Shown one piece after another: positions 37,451 through 49,300 of a stretch of 64,000 nucleotides of DNA. Position 1 is the stretch's first letter, and the number at the start of each line of letters is the position of its first letter. The notes beneath the pieces were generated by a model. That model was not told the DNA's origin and ran no database searches. It saw only the letters and a program-made list of their open reading frames with translations. The stretch spans positions 15,248 through 79,247 of the IMG/VR virus record IMGVR_UViG_3300047471_000466; one strand, written 5' to 3'. The translations under genes were made by a program, and so were the position numbers. The stretch is from a virus.

Positions 37451-38023
37451 GTGAAGCTAAAAGAAATAAAACCCACAGAAGTCACTAACTTCAAACGCTC
37501 ACAAGCGGAACTGGAGTTGTTCTGGATTTACTGTTTATGTGTAGCCGGAAAGAACGCGGATAACACCGCGAGAGTAGTTAACAAACTATTCCACGGCAAG
37601 AAAGAAACACCGTTTCAATATCTTCGGAAGAATCTTGTAGACTTGCACAATATTCTGGTTGCGCATCGAGTAGGCCAGTATACTCGCCTTGAACAGGCGA
37701 TTACTAAAAGTCTGGACCTCAATCTTAGAACTTGCAGCGTCGAGGACATGATGAAGATTCACGGAGTGGGAAACAAAACCAGCCGGTTCTTTATCCTTCA
37801 TTCCCGAGAGAATGCCGATCATTGTGTGTTGGATATTCATATTCTGAAGTGGCTGCGAGACCGTTGGAAATTGGATAACATTCCTACTAACACGCCGCAG
37901 AACGACCAAGACTACGCAAGGTTGGAAAACATAACCAAGAATTTAATGAAAGCAGATTACCCAGATTTATCGTTAGCGGAAGCTGACCTATTGATTTGGG
38001 GAGAACAGAGTAACAGATTATGA
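37451..38023 (+). CDS. HhH-GPD superfamily DNA glycosylase/lyase-like protein
   Basis: HhH IHGVGNKTSRFF, VLDIHILKWL, Y..LE, ADL.IW. Confidence 0.75.
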   Translation: MKLKEIKPTEVTNFKRSQAELELFWIYCLCVAGKNADNTARVVNKLFHGKKETPFQYLRKNLVDLHNILVAHRVGQYTRLEQAITKSLDLNLRTCSVEDMMKIHGVGNKTSRFFILHSRENADHCVLDIHILKWLRDRWKLDNIPTNTPQNDQDYARLENITKNLMKADYPDLSLAEADLLIWGEQSNRL

Positions 38024-38295
38024 AAGGAAAGAAAGTGAAAAAGAAAATTAAGAAAAAGAAACCAGTGAACGTAATGCGAAACAAGAACAAGAGATTCCCG
38101 TTTCAAGATACCTTTGCGTCCAAAACCAAGGGATTCGGGCATTCGAGGGGGAAATGAAAAAACCCAAATTAAAGCCGTTTAAAGTGAATGTTACGATAGA
38201 GGTGCATGAAAAAAATTGGATAGCGGCGTGGGATTTTGTTGAAAGAAAATTAGGAGGAGAAATTGTTTGGGTAGAGGAGAGTAATCCGGAAAAAG

Positions 38296-38994
38296 ATGAA
38301 ACTATTAAGCGTTGGAAATGATGCAAAAACAATTAAAGGAGAGAAGAAAGGGTATCTTACTGGTATTTTATATCTCGCTCCTGCTAACGTGGCAGGTAGC
38401 CGCAGCGTATGTCCGTTCTCGACTGCTGGTTGTAGGCGGGTATGTCTTTATACTGCTGGTCGTGGCGGCTTCAACGTGGTTCAGCGAGCAAGAATCCGAA
38501 AGACGAAAGAGTGGCTCGAACACCCGAAGGAATTCCTTGCGACCCTCGAACAGGATATTAAGGCGCTGATAAAACAAGCGGAGAAGAGAAGCCTGATACC
38601 GGCGGTGCGGTTGAATGGGACTTCGGATATTCAGTGGGAGAACTACGGAATCATGGAGAAATTTCCCGATCTGCAGTTCTATGATTATACAAAGTTTCCA
38701 AGCAATCGTCGGTGTGGCTTGCCAAAGAACTATCACCTGACTTACTCGCTCTCCGAGCGCAAGAACGCTATTGAACAGGCGATAGGCTGGAAGGTTCGCG
38801 GGGCAAACACCGCCGTTGTATTCTTTGGGGCGCTGCCCACAACCTTCACTTTAGATTTCGAGATCGATCTTCAAGTGATAAATGGAGATGAGTCAGACTT
38901 GAGATTCACAGACCCGCATCCTTGTATTGTTGGGTTGAAAGTAAAAGGAAAAGCTAGAAAGGATGATGGAGATGGATTCGTCCACAAAAATTAG
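38296..38994 (+). CDS. GP88-like protein
   Basis: ILYLAPA, VCPFSTAGCRRVCL, AVRLNGTSDI, QFYDYTK, NYHLTYS, GDESDLRF.D, GLK.KG. Confidence 0.8.
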   Translation: MKLLSVGNDAKTIKGEKKGYLTGILYLAPANVAGSRSVCPFSTAGCRRVCLYTAGRGGFNVVQRARIRKTKEWLEHPKEFLATLEQDIKALIKQAEKRSLIPAVRLNGTSDIQWENYGIMEKFPDLQFYDYTKFPSNRRCGLPKNYHLTYSLSERKNAIEQAIGWKVRGANTAVVFFGALPTTFTLDFEIDLQVINGDESDLRFTDPHPCIVGLKVKGKARKDDGDGFVHKN

Positions 38995-39268
38995 AACTTG
39001 TCCGGTAGGAATAGAGATTGCAATGCACTTGTATTATTCCCCGAATCCCAGTTCGTTCGAGGGAACACTAGCCTTCGATAGTGTAATTGAAGACTTGGGA
39101 AAAGCTGGAATCGTAGAATGGGCTACTGCGTCTGGAAGTTGGGAGTCTGCTTGGCGATTAACGGCAAAAGGGAAAGCATGGGTGGAGTTAATCTGCCATA
39201 CGCCGTATCCAATTCATAGTACAATTTGGAAGGACCCAAGAACAAATGAGAGTATTAGTAGCATGTGA
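38963..39268 (+). CDS. Hypothetical protein (winged-helix-like C-terminus)
   Basis: WRLTAKGKAWV. Confidence 0.5.
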   Translation: MMEMDSSTKIRTCPVGIEIAMHLYYSPNPSSFEGTLAFDSVIEDLGKAGIVEWATASGSWESAWRLTAKGKAWVELICHTPYPIHSTIWKDPRTNESISSM

Positions 39269-39851
39269 ATCTTCAGGAGTCGTGCGGGAAGCTTTCCGGA
39301 AGAAAGGGCACGATACTTGGAGTTGTGATATTCTCCCATCAGACGATAACTCGAAGCGTCATTATCAATGTGATGTGCTTCATGTGTTAGAAACTGAAAA
39401 ATGGGACCTTATGATAGCGCATCCTCCCTGCACTTATCTGTGCAACTCCGGAGTGAGTTGGTTATGGCACGATGGAAAAATTCAAGGGTGGAATGTTGTG
39501 AGAGAAACCGCAATGATCAAAGCCTGTAATTTCTTTAAGGCGCTAATGAATGCCGCCATTCCGAAGATAGCAATCGAAAATCCTATACAACATAAGTATG
39601 CTCGATCACTTATCGGGAGAAGCTATGACCAAATCATTCAACCTTATCAGTTCGGGCATCCTGAGCGCAAGGCTACTTGTCTCTGGCTAAAGAACTTGCC
39701 CAAGTTAACGCCTACTTGTATAGTTCCTTTACCTATGGATAAGAAAAAAGCGCAACGATTGCATTGGCTTCCGCCGTCGAAAGACAGGTGGAAGATACGA
39801 TCAAAAACCTTCGAGGGCATAGCAAAAGCTTTTGCAGATCAGTGGGGTTAA
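39246..39851 (+). CDS. Short DNA cytosine-5 methyltransferase
   Basis: VLVACESSG, SCD, IAHPPC (catalytic PC), IENP, QPYQFGH..K.TCLWL, RSKTF.GIA.A.A.QW. Confidence 0.85.
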   Translation: MRVLVACESSGVVREAFRKKGHDTWSCDILPSDDNSKRHYQCDVLHVLETEKWDLMIAHPPCTYLCNSGVSWLWHDGKIQGWNVVRETAMIKACNFFKALMNAAIPKIAIENPIQHKYARSLIGRSYDQIIQPYQFGHPERKATCLWLKNLPKLTPTCIVPLPMDKKKAQRLHWLPPSKDRWKIRSKTFEGIAKAFADQWG

Positions 39852-40243
39852 GATTAGCCTTGTTATGCTTGATGTTATCCTCCTGTGAAGCAGTGCCGAA
39901 ACAAACAAGTAACAAGAAAGGGATGGCGAGAGTAACATTTTACAACAAACATGAAGATAAATACGGAAATAAAATTGCTAGTTCAAACACTCGTAGAGCT
40001 AGACGGGGCCGCACAATTGCTGCGGAAAAGTCATTCCCATTTGGCACAGTTATACAAATACCTTGGCTCGCAAAAATCCTGGGAAGTTCCCGATATGTTG
40101 TCGAAGATAGGGGATCTGCGATTAATTCTCGACGAGCGTCTGGAGGAAAGACTCCGGTCTTCGACATTTACACCGACTCCAAGAAAGAAACAAACCGTCT
40201 CGCGGCGATAGTGCCGCCTTACTTACCTTATGAAATACAATAA
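39842..40243 (+). CDS. 3D-domain lytic transglycosylase-like lipoprotein
   Basis: From GTG 39842: MGLRLALLCLMLSSC lipobox; VTFY, TIAA, PFGTVIQIP, VVEDRGSAI, FDIY. Confidence 0.75.
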   Translation: MGLRLALLCLMLSSCEAVPKQTSNKKGMARVTFYNKHEDKYGNKIASSNTRRARRGRTIAAEKSFPFGTVIQIPWLAKILGSSRYVVEDRGSAINSRRASGGKTPVFDIYTDSKKETNRLAAIVPPYLPYEIQ

Positions 40244-42493
40244 ATTCTGGACGATAACTTCAGAACATACAACACATACAAACGATAGAAGCACGAGATT
40301 CGAAAATTATTCTGACGCAGCTGCCGCGGCTTCTCGAAGACTACAAGATAATCAAAACGTAACTGGTGTTATACTCTTGGAGTCCGTTGCTTTAGTTCGT
40401 CGAACTGCGCCCCCAATAGAAATCGTTGTACTGTGAGCGCAGGATGGAACGCTTATACCGGACCGCACGACTCAATTTACGCACCGTCACAAGTACCAAT
40501 TTATGAAAAAACCAACAAAACAACTAGTAAAAGTATTCAACGTAATGACAGACTGCAGGTGGCACACACTCGCAGCAGTAGGAAGAAGAATCGGCGCTCC
40601 GACGCAGAGCGTCTCAGCGCGACTTCGAGACCTTCGTAAGAAAGCATATGGTAGTAATAGAGTGGATAGACAGGAACGTGGCACAGTATTTGTATACCGC
40701 TTGGGTTGAGTTTTTACTCTGGCGATGGAAGCGTCAGCACAAAAGAGCCTGTGCAATCTTGGCGCAAGAATTCAATAAAGCAATGGAACAAAAATACAAA
40801 GAGGAATACTTAAAATTAGTAAATGAAAATAAACCTATACAACGACGGTAGTTATACAGTAGATCATGGTTGGAAGGCAGCATCTTTTCCGCCAGCAGCA
40901 AAAAGCTATGCTTATTATTTCCCAGATTCAACGAACCAATATCACATCGGGTATAATTCTGAAGATGTAGGTAGAGAGGCAGAAGACGCCCGTAGAATTC
41001 CTTTCATCTGGAAAACCGATAACGGTAGGCTATATCTAGTCGAAGATATGGCCACGCCTCATTTGATCAACGCCATTAATATGATTTGGGGTAATGTTTT
41101 GGGAACTAGGAACGAACGTTCTTATATCAAAAATTGGGATTCTCTTTACATAGACCGAGCGATCAAAGAGTTTAGTAAAGAACTCCTGACTCGGGTTAGG
41201 GAAGCGTGATTAAATTCCTGCTTTGGCTCTATGGATTCAGGTTCGTAGTGGTTCAAGGCAGTGCCGTATTCATGGCCCTCGATGAGAGGGCCTTGAACGG
41301 CGCTGTTCGAGATTATGTGGATTTGTTAGACAATGGAGGCGATGAGATTTCCCCGATAGGAAAAGAGTGTTATCCCGGAATTCTTCACGCCCAAACTACA
41401 AAAGGAAAGTGTTTGATTTGTAAATGAGAACTGAAATAGGGAAAATTAATAGTATTTCCTTCGGACACGGGGGATATCAAGACGCCATGATCGGAGTTAC
41501 GTTTGATCTTGGCGGGAAAGCTTGGGGCGTTGGAGATTTCTGGGGAACTTGGTCGATGAAACGAAGTGAGAGTTGCCAGTGGACAGAAGCGGATAGGATT
41601 AAAATACTAGGCGAGACAGTTATGAAGCTCAATAAGCTTCTCGAAGAAGCAAAGGTTTCCGATTTAAAGGATTTAAAAGACGTTCCTGTGGAAGTCTCCT
41701 TTGAAAATAACACTTTGAAAAGTTGGAGAATCCTCACAGAGGTTATATGAAGAAAGAACGTAAACCATTCTGTGTCGTATGTGGAGCGAAAAATAGAAAC
41801 AGATTCCAAGATACCTGTGACTCTATCTGCACTCGCGCCAGTCACGGCAGCAAAGATCGTGGAAGGCAGATTGAATTGGAGATTAAATCGGAGTGGCGAA
41901 AGCCGATTCCGATACGATCAACCCGCACTACTCGGGGGGAGATCGAGTATAACCGGCCTTATATGGTAGATACAATATGATCAAGCTAGCATGTGTAATA
42001 ATAATCTGCTTCACTGTGATGATGGGCTTCGGCCTGTGGCTAGTGGACAGGAAAGAAGAACGAGTACTAAAATTCAACCAATTCCTAATGGAAAATCATT
42101 TATGGCAACCACCTTCGAAGAATACTGGGATACCGTCGGTTCCCGAGAAGATATAGCAGATCACAAAGAACGAGCTAGACGGGCGTGGGAGGCCGGTTGG
42201 TTCGCAGGAGAATGGGCCTACTCAGGGCAACCCAAACCAGTAGTTTACGTAACTCAAGAACGATACCCAATGATAGGATGAAAAAGCAAACCAGTAAAGA
42301 AGTAACAGGATGGAAACATCCGCCGTCAGGATGGTTTCCTCAAATCGGATTGGACTATCAAATCCGCGGCGGGCAAACGTTGAAGGATTACGTCGCTAAT
42401 GAACTGCCGCAACAGGAACTTGCTCCAATGAAACGAAAGACAGGGAAAATCAAACGAAAGAAAGTGAAGGGCAAATGGATATCGATAGTATAA
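40230..42493 (+). other. Run of small hypothetical ORFs including an HTH protein (40503-40709)
   Basis: Closely packed ORFs 40230-40436, 40503-40709, 40823-41209, 41206-41427, 41424-41750 and others; WHTL..V...QSVSARLRDLRK HTH. Confidence 0.6.
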
Positions 42494-42695
42494 TCGAGGC
42501 AGCACAACAGGTCTCCTATGAATATGGCTGTCATGGAAACCACGATAGCGATTTAATATCAAACGCCTTTGAAAGATTTGTATTTTATCTTGAACAAACA
42601 AGGCGACAGAAAGAGAAAGAGCACTATGTGGATGGAATTCCTCTATAGGCAACCACTCGTTAGGCCTAGAAAATAAAAAAATTTCCTACGGGGAT

Positions 42696-43136
42696 TTAGA
42701 GAGGGTACTGATTATTGAGATGTCTTTGTCTATCTCTGCATCCGCAGTCCTGACCTATTGTAGCCTTGTACCAAGACTTAAATGCGTCGCCCCCCACTGG
42801 ACCAATGGTTCTGGCGATAATATCGCCAAGGCCTCGGTCGCCTTCTTTGGCAAGAGCTTTAAAGGGCAACAAGTATACGGGCCATGAAATCGGACGCGTC
42901 GGGGAACATAATCTTCTTTGATCGTCTTCGGATAGATGTTGGCACAGCCAGTCCTCTACTTCGTCAGCTAGAGTTGCGAAGGGTGGGTTGATGGCGGGTA
43001 GATTCATGTTCTTACGGTGCTGCATGATCTTAGGAAGAACTTGTTCGAATGTTATTCCTGTCATCCAGTAATTAGTGCTTGCCTCCTGAAAACGCCAACC
43101 CAGCGGCGGCGCGGTCAGTAAATCATTTAGTTTCAC
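42696..43136 (-). CDS. Hypothetical protein with GLGD...CGC..R...LN motif
   Basis: Motif resembles that of 55013..55219; last gene of the late block. Confidence 0.7.
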   Translation of the reverse strand: MKLNDLLTAPPLGWRFQEASTNYWMTGITFEQVLPKIMQHRKNMNLPAINPPFATLADEVEDWLCQHLSEDDQRRLCSPTRPISWPVYLLPFKALAKEGDRGLGDIIARTIGPVGGDAFKSWYKATIGQDCGCRDRQRHLNNQYPL

Positions 43137-43155
43137 AATTTATGAAAGTATATCA

Positions 43156-43323
43156 ATGAAAACAATACCATGGATCTGTCTCTTTGGAATCATATTTCCT
43201 TGGGGGTGGCTCCTATCTTATTTAGGTGTAGTCGGTGCGTTAGCCGGATTCGGTTACCAATGTTTGGCGTGGGTTGGCGTGGTCTGCATCATGGCCTTCT
43301 CTAAGGTGAACAAAACTTATTGA
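43156..43323 (+). CDS. Small hydrophobic membrane protein (55 aa; not in the ORF track), opposite strand to the late operon
   Basis: MKTIPWICLFGIIFPWGWLLSYLGVVGALAGFGYQCLAWVGVVCIMAFSKVNKTY fills the intergenic gap exactly. Confidence 0.55.
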   Translation: MKTIPWICLFGIIFPWGWLLSYLGVVGALAGFGYQCLAWVGVVCIMAFSKVNKTY

Positions 43324-46300
43324 TTAGTGTTCTTCTCGGGCGGGGTTGGGTGTTGATGAACCGCAAACATCGATCCCACAAGAGCAAGACTTGCCCCGAT
43401 AATTGTATCCCGCAATTTAGGTTCAATTCCTTGTTGATCCATAGCATTGCTCCAGCCTTCTACGGTAGCCGCTAGAGGAATTGGTCCTTTGGTAAGAGCC
43501 CAATGAGTAAGCGAAATAGGATCTTTTGGATTTCGTGGCGTCGAAAATTTTACTCCCATATTTTCATATAAATTTTGTAAAGCTTCAATAGGCTTCCCAG
43601 TATACTGCTGCTTTGCTCGGGCGATTTCTACCAGATCCGAAATGGAGGGCGTTACTTTACCCATCGCATAGTTGATAATTTTATCTGTGTAGGGTTGACG
43701 ATTTTCGGCAGGGATTACATGAGATAGGGCGACACTTAAGGATAGCCTTAGGGGCGCAAGAAAAGAACTTGGAGCGAGCACTGTCTGACCATGCACTTTG
43801 AACGCCAACCAATCGGATCGGGTTGGGTCAAACCAATTTATTTTATCGTCTGAATTAACTGCTTTTAATATTGCAGCATTCACGCCTAGCGCAGCTACCA
43901 TAGTAGAGGCCATCTCTGCAGATCGTCGAAGCACTGCCATACGAAAATATCTTTCTGCAGGAGTGGCCGCGGTACCTTTTAAAAACAAACCGGTTGCGCG
44001 AAGGGGGTCAACGACCATTTGCTGCCATCGGGCTCCCTCTAATCTTGGGGCGAATAAAAATGTTCTCCAGTCTCCCGTGAGGAGATTACCAATTTTTGTA
44101 AATCCAGGAGTAGTGGTTCCGGTTTCAGAGTTAATCCGCGACATCGCTTCTTTCACAACTTGATCTTTATTATCTTGATCCAGTTCTTTGAACCAATCTT
44201 TACCTTGTAGTCGTTTGTATTCTTTCTGCCCCACGTTCATCCGCAAGACTTTAAGGGTATCCATTCCGCGATTACCCGCGACTCCGATTCTTCCTAAATA
44301 ATTGTTGTATTGTCCCATATCTTCCAACGTTCCCACTTTGGCAGCGAGACCTTGTTTCGTTAGATAGGCGTAATCATCCGCATTCATAACATCCTGCATC
44401 AGTTTCTCATGATACGCGGCGGCGTCCATTTTTACTCCTTTTTCATTTTTACCACCTAGAAAGGCTGCGCGAAATGCCTGAGGAATTGCGGCAAGTTCTT
44501 CTCTTCCTGCTGATAAAGGCCTAAATAACAAAGATCCTGCATGTGTAAGAGCGGGGTTGACGTGACCAACAACTGCAATGGTACGAGGAAGCTCCCAAAG
44601 TTTGGCGAGATTGCTTAATACTTTACCCTTGTCGGCATTGTCCATAAACGTTTTAGTGGCTTGCACAATCGCTCGTTGCTGTGCCTGTGCTTTATAACGT
44701 TCTGCCTCGAAAGCTCGCACCGTCTTAGGAGCCGAGATTGCTTCTTGGACTACGCGCCTATCGATCTTTAAATCACTGGCGACATCGTTAACCAATTCTT
44801 CTGGCCGAATATACTCTGTGCCGTCTAAATAATTTGCCTTAATGAACTTCCAAATATTACCGACTTCACGAATGGTAAGATTCTTCTGGCCAATTCTATA
44901 CGGCTTAGCTTCGAACCGTGCGTTAAGATATTGGCTAAGTTTCTTTCCAGCATCGGCGGGATCGTAGTCGAATCCAAATTCCAGTTGTCCAGTGTCTTTT
45001 CCGGTGGGATCTTTCTTTGTCTCTACTCCTGCTGCCTTGGCGGCTTTCTTTTCGGCGCTAGTTAGTTTGGTTCCTTCCGCCGCCTTACCTAATTCATTCG
45101 TAGTTCCCTCGGCAGTCTTGACAATCTCTTGTCCCATTTTGATAGAGTTCTTTAAGGTCTCAACTCTCGCCTCGGTCGTAGCTTGAACGATTTGTTTAAC
45201 CTGTTCCTCTTGCTTGGGCGTAAAGTCTTTCCCATAAACCATTTTGAAATAGGATCGAAGATCGAAGAAGTCGCCGGTATTAATATCCAACGCCCCTTGT
45301 ACCGCTTGTAAAGACTTACCGGCTTCCGCGGTCTTGTTATAAACTTTTTGCATCCAGTTTTGTTCCTTGGCGTAAGCTGCTTGAGCAGCGGCGGTATCAC
45401 CTTTTACTCGGGCCGCTACTTCTTCTCGCCTAATCTCGGAAACCTTTGCACGGAATAAATGAAAGTCTTCTGCAGATGGGACCGCCTTCCCTTTCACTAA
45501 GAAATCCAAACGTTCATCAGCAGCGTTGGGATTCTTGGCCAATATATCTTGGGCATCTTTGGCCATTTGTTCATGGGTGCCAAGGAAGTTTCCGACGTAG
45601 GGAACCCCCGCATCTCGCATGATGACAGCGTATTTGCCTTTGCTCTTGGGGAGTTCTTCTGGCGATAATCCAGCAGCGATAAGAAGTCTATCTGTTAGGG
45701 TGAATTCATCCGGAGTCTTTACCAGATCGTAGGATTTCCCGGTGATGTTGGTTTTCGGGTTGCCTTCGGCGTCTTTGAAAACTGGTGATCCGCCTTTTGG
45801 ATTGTCAATACCATACGCTATAGCAGTATTGCTAGTTCTGGGTTCGGCTGATTTATGTGGACCTAAATCCACTGCTTCTCCTTTCTGCCCTGTTATCTTC
45901 TCCATTGCAGAAGGGAGAGTCTGGTCGTAGTGGAGTCGCATGCCTTTGTCCTGTAATGGTTTAGAAGCTTCCGCAAGAAGTTCAGGAGTGACCTGTACGT
46001 ATTTAAAATTACGCTTACCATCATCTTTCTCCGCCTCTTCTTTTAATCCCGCCAGACCGCCACCCTCTTTAGTTACACGAATATCTGGCTCACGAACTAT
46101 GGCGGCGTCAGAAATATCACCGTTACCAAGATGTCCGGCCACCCAATCGCCTACTTGTGCTCGAACTGGATACGCCCGATCATGCCCCTCTGTCATCATC
46201 GCTGTCTCGGCATCGGAGAGAATTACTTTACTCGCACCGATTTCCTTGGCGTGTTGGATCGCTGCTTTCAAGGCGAGGGATTCGTAGACTTGAAGGAGTG

Positions 46301-49300
46301 GATGGTTTCCTTGCCGAGGATCGCGAGCTTCGTGTTCTTGTTCGATAAGTTTTTTCTCAGCCGCCTTAGCTTGTTCTTCAGTGTCATAATCCAAATGACC
46401 GTTATCCGCCGTATACAAAGACCAATAATTATCTCCTGCGATTGGTTTGGAAATGGAAATCTTTGATAGCCTATCTTTTAATTTCTCGGCACGATTACGT
46501 TCTTGTTGTGCCCAGTCACTTTGCACCTCTATAACATGGAACGCTTTGCTTCCATCCGGCAGGGTTTCCTCGTAGCCACGGTAGAAGGAGAGAACGTTTC
46601 TATCTTCCGCGCCGAAGTGAGGACCACGATAATTTACTTTATTAGCTTCGTCTATCGCCTTATCATAATATCCGATATCCTTTGACGGTAGTCGCACCAA
46701 TCCCTCCACGTATCCCGGCATGTGTTCTTCGGACTTCGGACCTATGAAAGAATATTTTGCATCTGTAGATTTGGGTGCGCGTATATTTTGTAGCTCAGCC
46801 CAACGTTGCGCTTGCTGTCGAAACCTTTGATCGTCTCCGGTATGCGCCCCTGCTTGTCCAAGATGATCTTCAGAAGCTTGATTTAACCATGATTTAGTAT
46901 CGGCGGAATCTGGATCGTGTAGATATTCACGAACAAAATTTGCTATGGAGGTTTGAGTTTTATCCGTAAGATTATCAAACCATTCATGACGCATCCGACT
47001 GCCTTCATTAATTGCTCCTATTTGTGAGTTAAAATCAGTTGCGGTTCTACCCAACTTCTTCGTCTCCACCGTCGGTCCTCTGGTCCTCAGACCCTGATCC
47101 AATGTTCGAACGTTTACTTTTCCATTCTGGAATGCTTGAGGAACTATCGTCTTATAAAGAGCAATCTCCGCTTTGTTCAACGGCTTGTTCACGCCACCTA
47201 CTTTTGCGAATGCAGTCTCGTCTATCTCTCCGGACTTAGGCAGGGTATGTTTATCGCCTAGTCGATTTGTTTCGACATTGTAGGGAGCCATGGAATACAG
47301 GAATCGGTTACCCGCCGGTATCATTCCTTTCTTGATCCGGTCTATCTCATCAGGCGATAGTCCTGCACTCTCTGCTTGCTGAATGGCGTTTGATCGCAGA
47401 CCTATCTCTGCTTTACCTACATGAGTTGGGGCTTCCTGCGTCAGCGCGGCGACTGACTCAAAGTACTTTTGTATGTTGTCCTGCTGTTCCACAGGTCGTC
47501 CGGACACCAACTGCATAATCATATTGCGGGCTTGGTGAAGAAGATTTAATGCCCTTCCTTTTATGGAAGTATCGGCGGGAAGGCGACCTAGAAAATCTAC
47601 CAACTCGGGGTTAGTTATTTCCGCCACCAGTTCCTTGGTATTGGCGAGGCCGTAGAACTTGGAATAGTTATCGTAGAGTTTGAAAAGTTGGTCGTGCGAT
47701 AGATTAACCGTTGTATCATTAGGATTGTTCAGCCACTTGGTAAATTCGGCGAGTTCTTCCTTGGTTCCAGTTCGCCCGAAGGATTCTTTCCACGCAGCCT
47801 GGCGACCTCGTGTCAGTAATCTATCGAGGGATTGAATCGCTACCGCCTCGTGGGCATTGGGCACGTATCCCGGCAGCAGCTTCCACACGGTAACATGGTG
47901 CAAGGCTTCATGCAGCAAGGCGCCATAGATCGAGGATGCACTGTGGTCGGAGTTAAGATTAAGATAAATATTGAAGCCGTGTTTCCCGTCGTATTCATAA
48001 AGGGCCTTCTGCGCCATTTTGTTATCGAACGAAAGTTTTATTTTGGATGTATCGATTCCGGAGTTAAGCAAAAGCTTGGCGATAAATTTTTGAACTGCGG
48101 TTCCTTTTTCTGCCAACCCACGCAAGCCCGAGCCGACAGGATCTTTAGGATCAAGCGCGCCTATATTGTCAAGCTTCTGAGTGTTCTCTAGCACACGAAT
48201 GGGATTAATAGGAACAGAAGATTCAGTCCTTACTGTCTTACCTGCTGCAATGCCTGAGTCCGTCGGGGCTTGCCTTGTCATCTTCTCCGCTTTCTGCATC
48301 GCTTCTGCTAGATCCTGCATCGTCTTTTCAGGCAATCCTTTTTTACGGGCTATCTCGTTAGTTCGATCAAGGGCAGCTTTGGGATCCGTGATGCCATGAT
48401 CCATGAGAACTTGTTCATGCGGTGTAACGGCTTCCTCTGTTGGGGCTTCTGGTTGTTGAATAAATTCGGGCGCAGTTCGTTCTGTTTCCTCTGGCGTTTC
48501 CGCCTGTGTCGGCGCTCCTTCAGTTATTTCTTTGCGAGCTTCATCCAGCGGAACCGTATGCTTTGTCTTTCCCCCCTCACCCCACATTGCCTTATACAGT
48601 TTAGTCCCCGCATCTTTTCCGAACTTTTGTAAATCCTGAATCGTAAAATCTCTTTCCGGATCTTGTACGTGGTCTAGCCAAGCTTGTTTCGCAGCTAACT
48701 CTCTGTCCCGAGTTTTAAAAACAAGATCTTTCGGGAAAGGTTTGTCAGGTGGAATCTTATCTTCTACTTCCTGAATCGAACGTGCCTTGGCATTCTCCGC
48801 TTCGGTCTTGGCGGCGATGCGTTCTTCGAGAGTTTGAGTAGGGGCCGCGGGCTCTGTTGGCTTTTCAGGAATTGGCGCCGCCGTTCCCGCATTCGCCCGA
48901 CGATCCAACTCTGCTTGAATGATATCATGATACCCTTTATCTTTCTCCGAGAGTCTCTTCTGCAAAATTTCCGTTGAGAGCGTCTTTGCTTGCGCTTCTG
49001 CTGCCTGTCGTTGTTCGTCTGTGGGTTTCGCTGCTTCAGTAGGAAGTTTAGGCGCAAATTCTTGCTTCCAATATTGCATCGCTTTGATAGCTTCTTGAGG
49101 ATCCGCCGCAGCCATGTGTGCGTAAGACTCGTGCCCACGTTCTTGCGCATACTCATCTAAAAATTTATCTTGCTTTGCTACAACATTCTCGTTAGGCGAA
49201 GCTTCGGGAACTTCTCCTGCTGCAATGCCTCCTTGAACCACGTTCTCTTCAGGCCTCGCAATACTCTCCGGTGGAACATTGATTTTATTCGCCAATTCTT

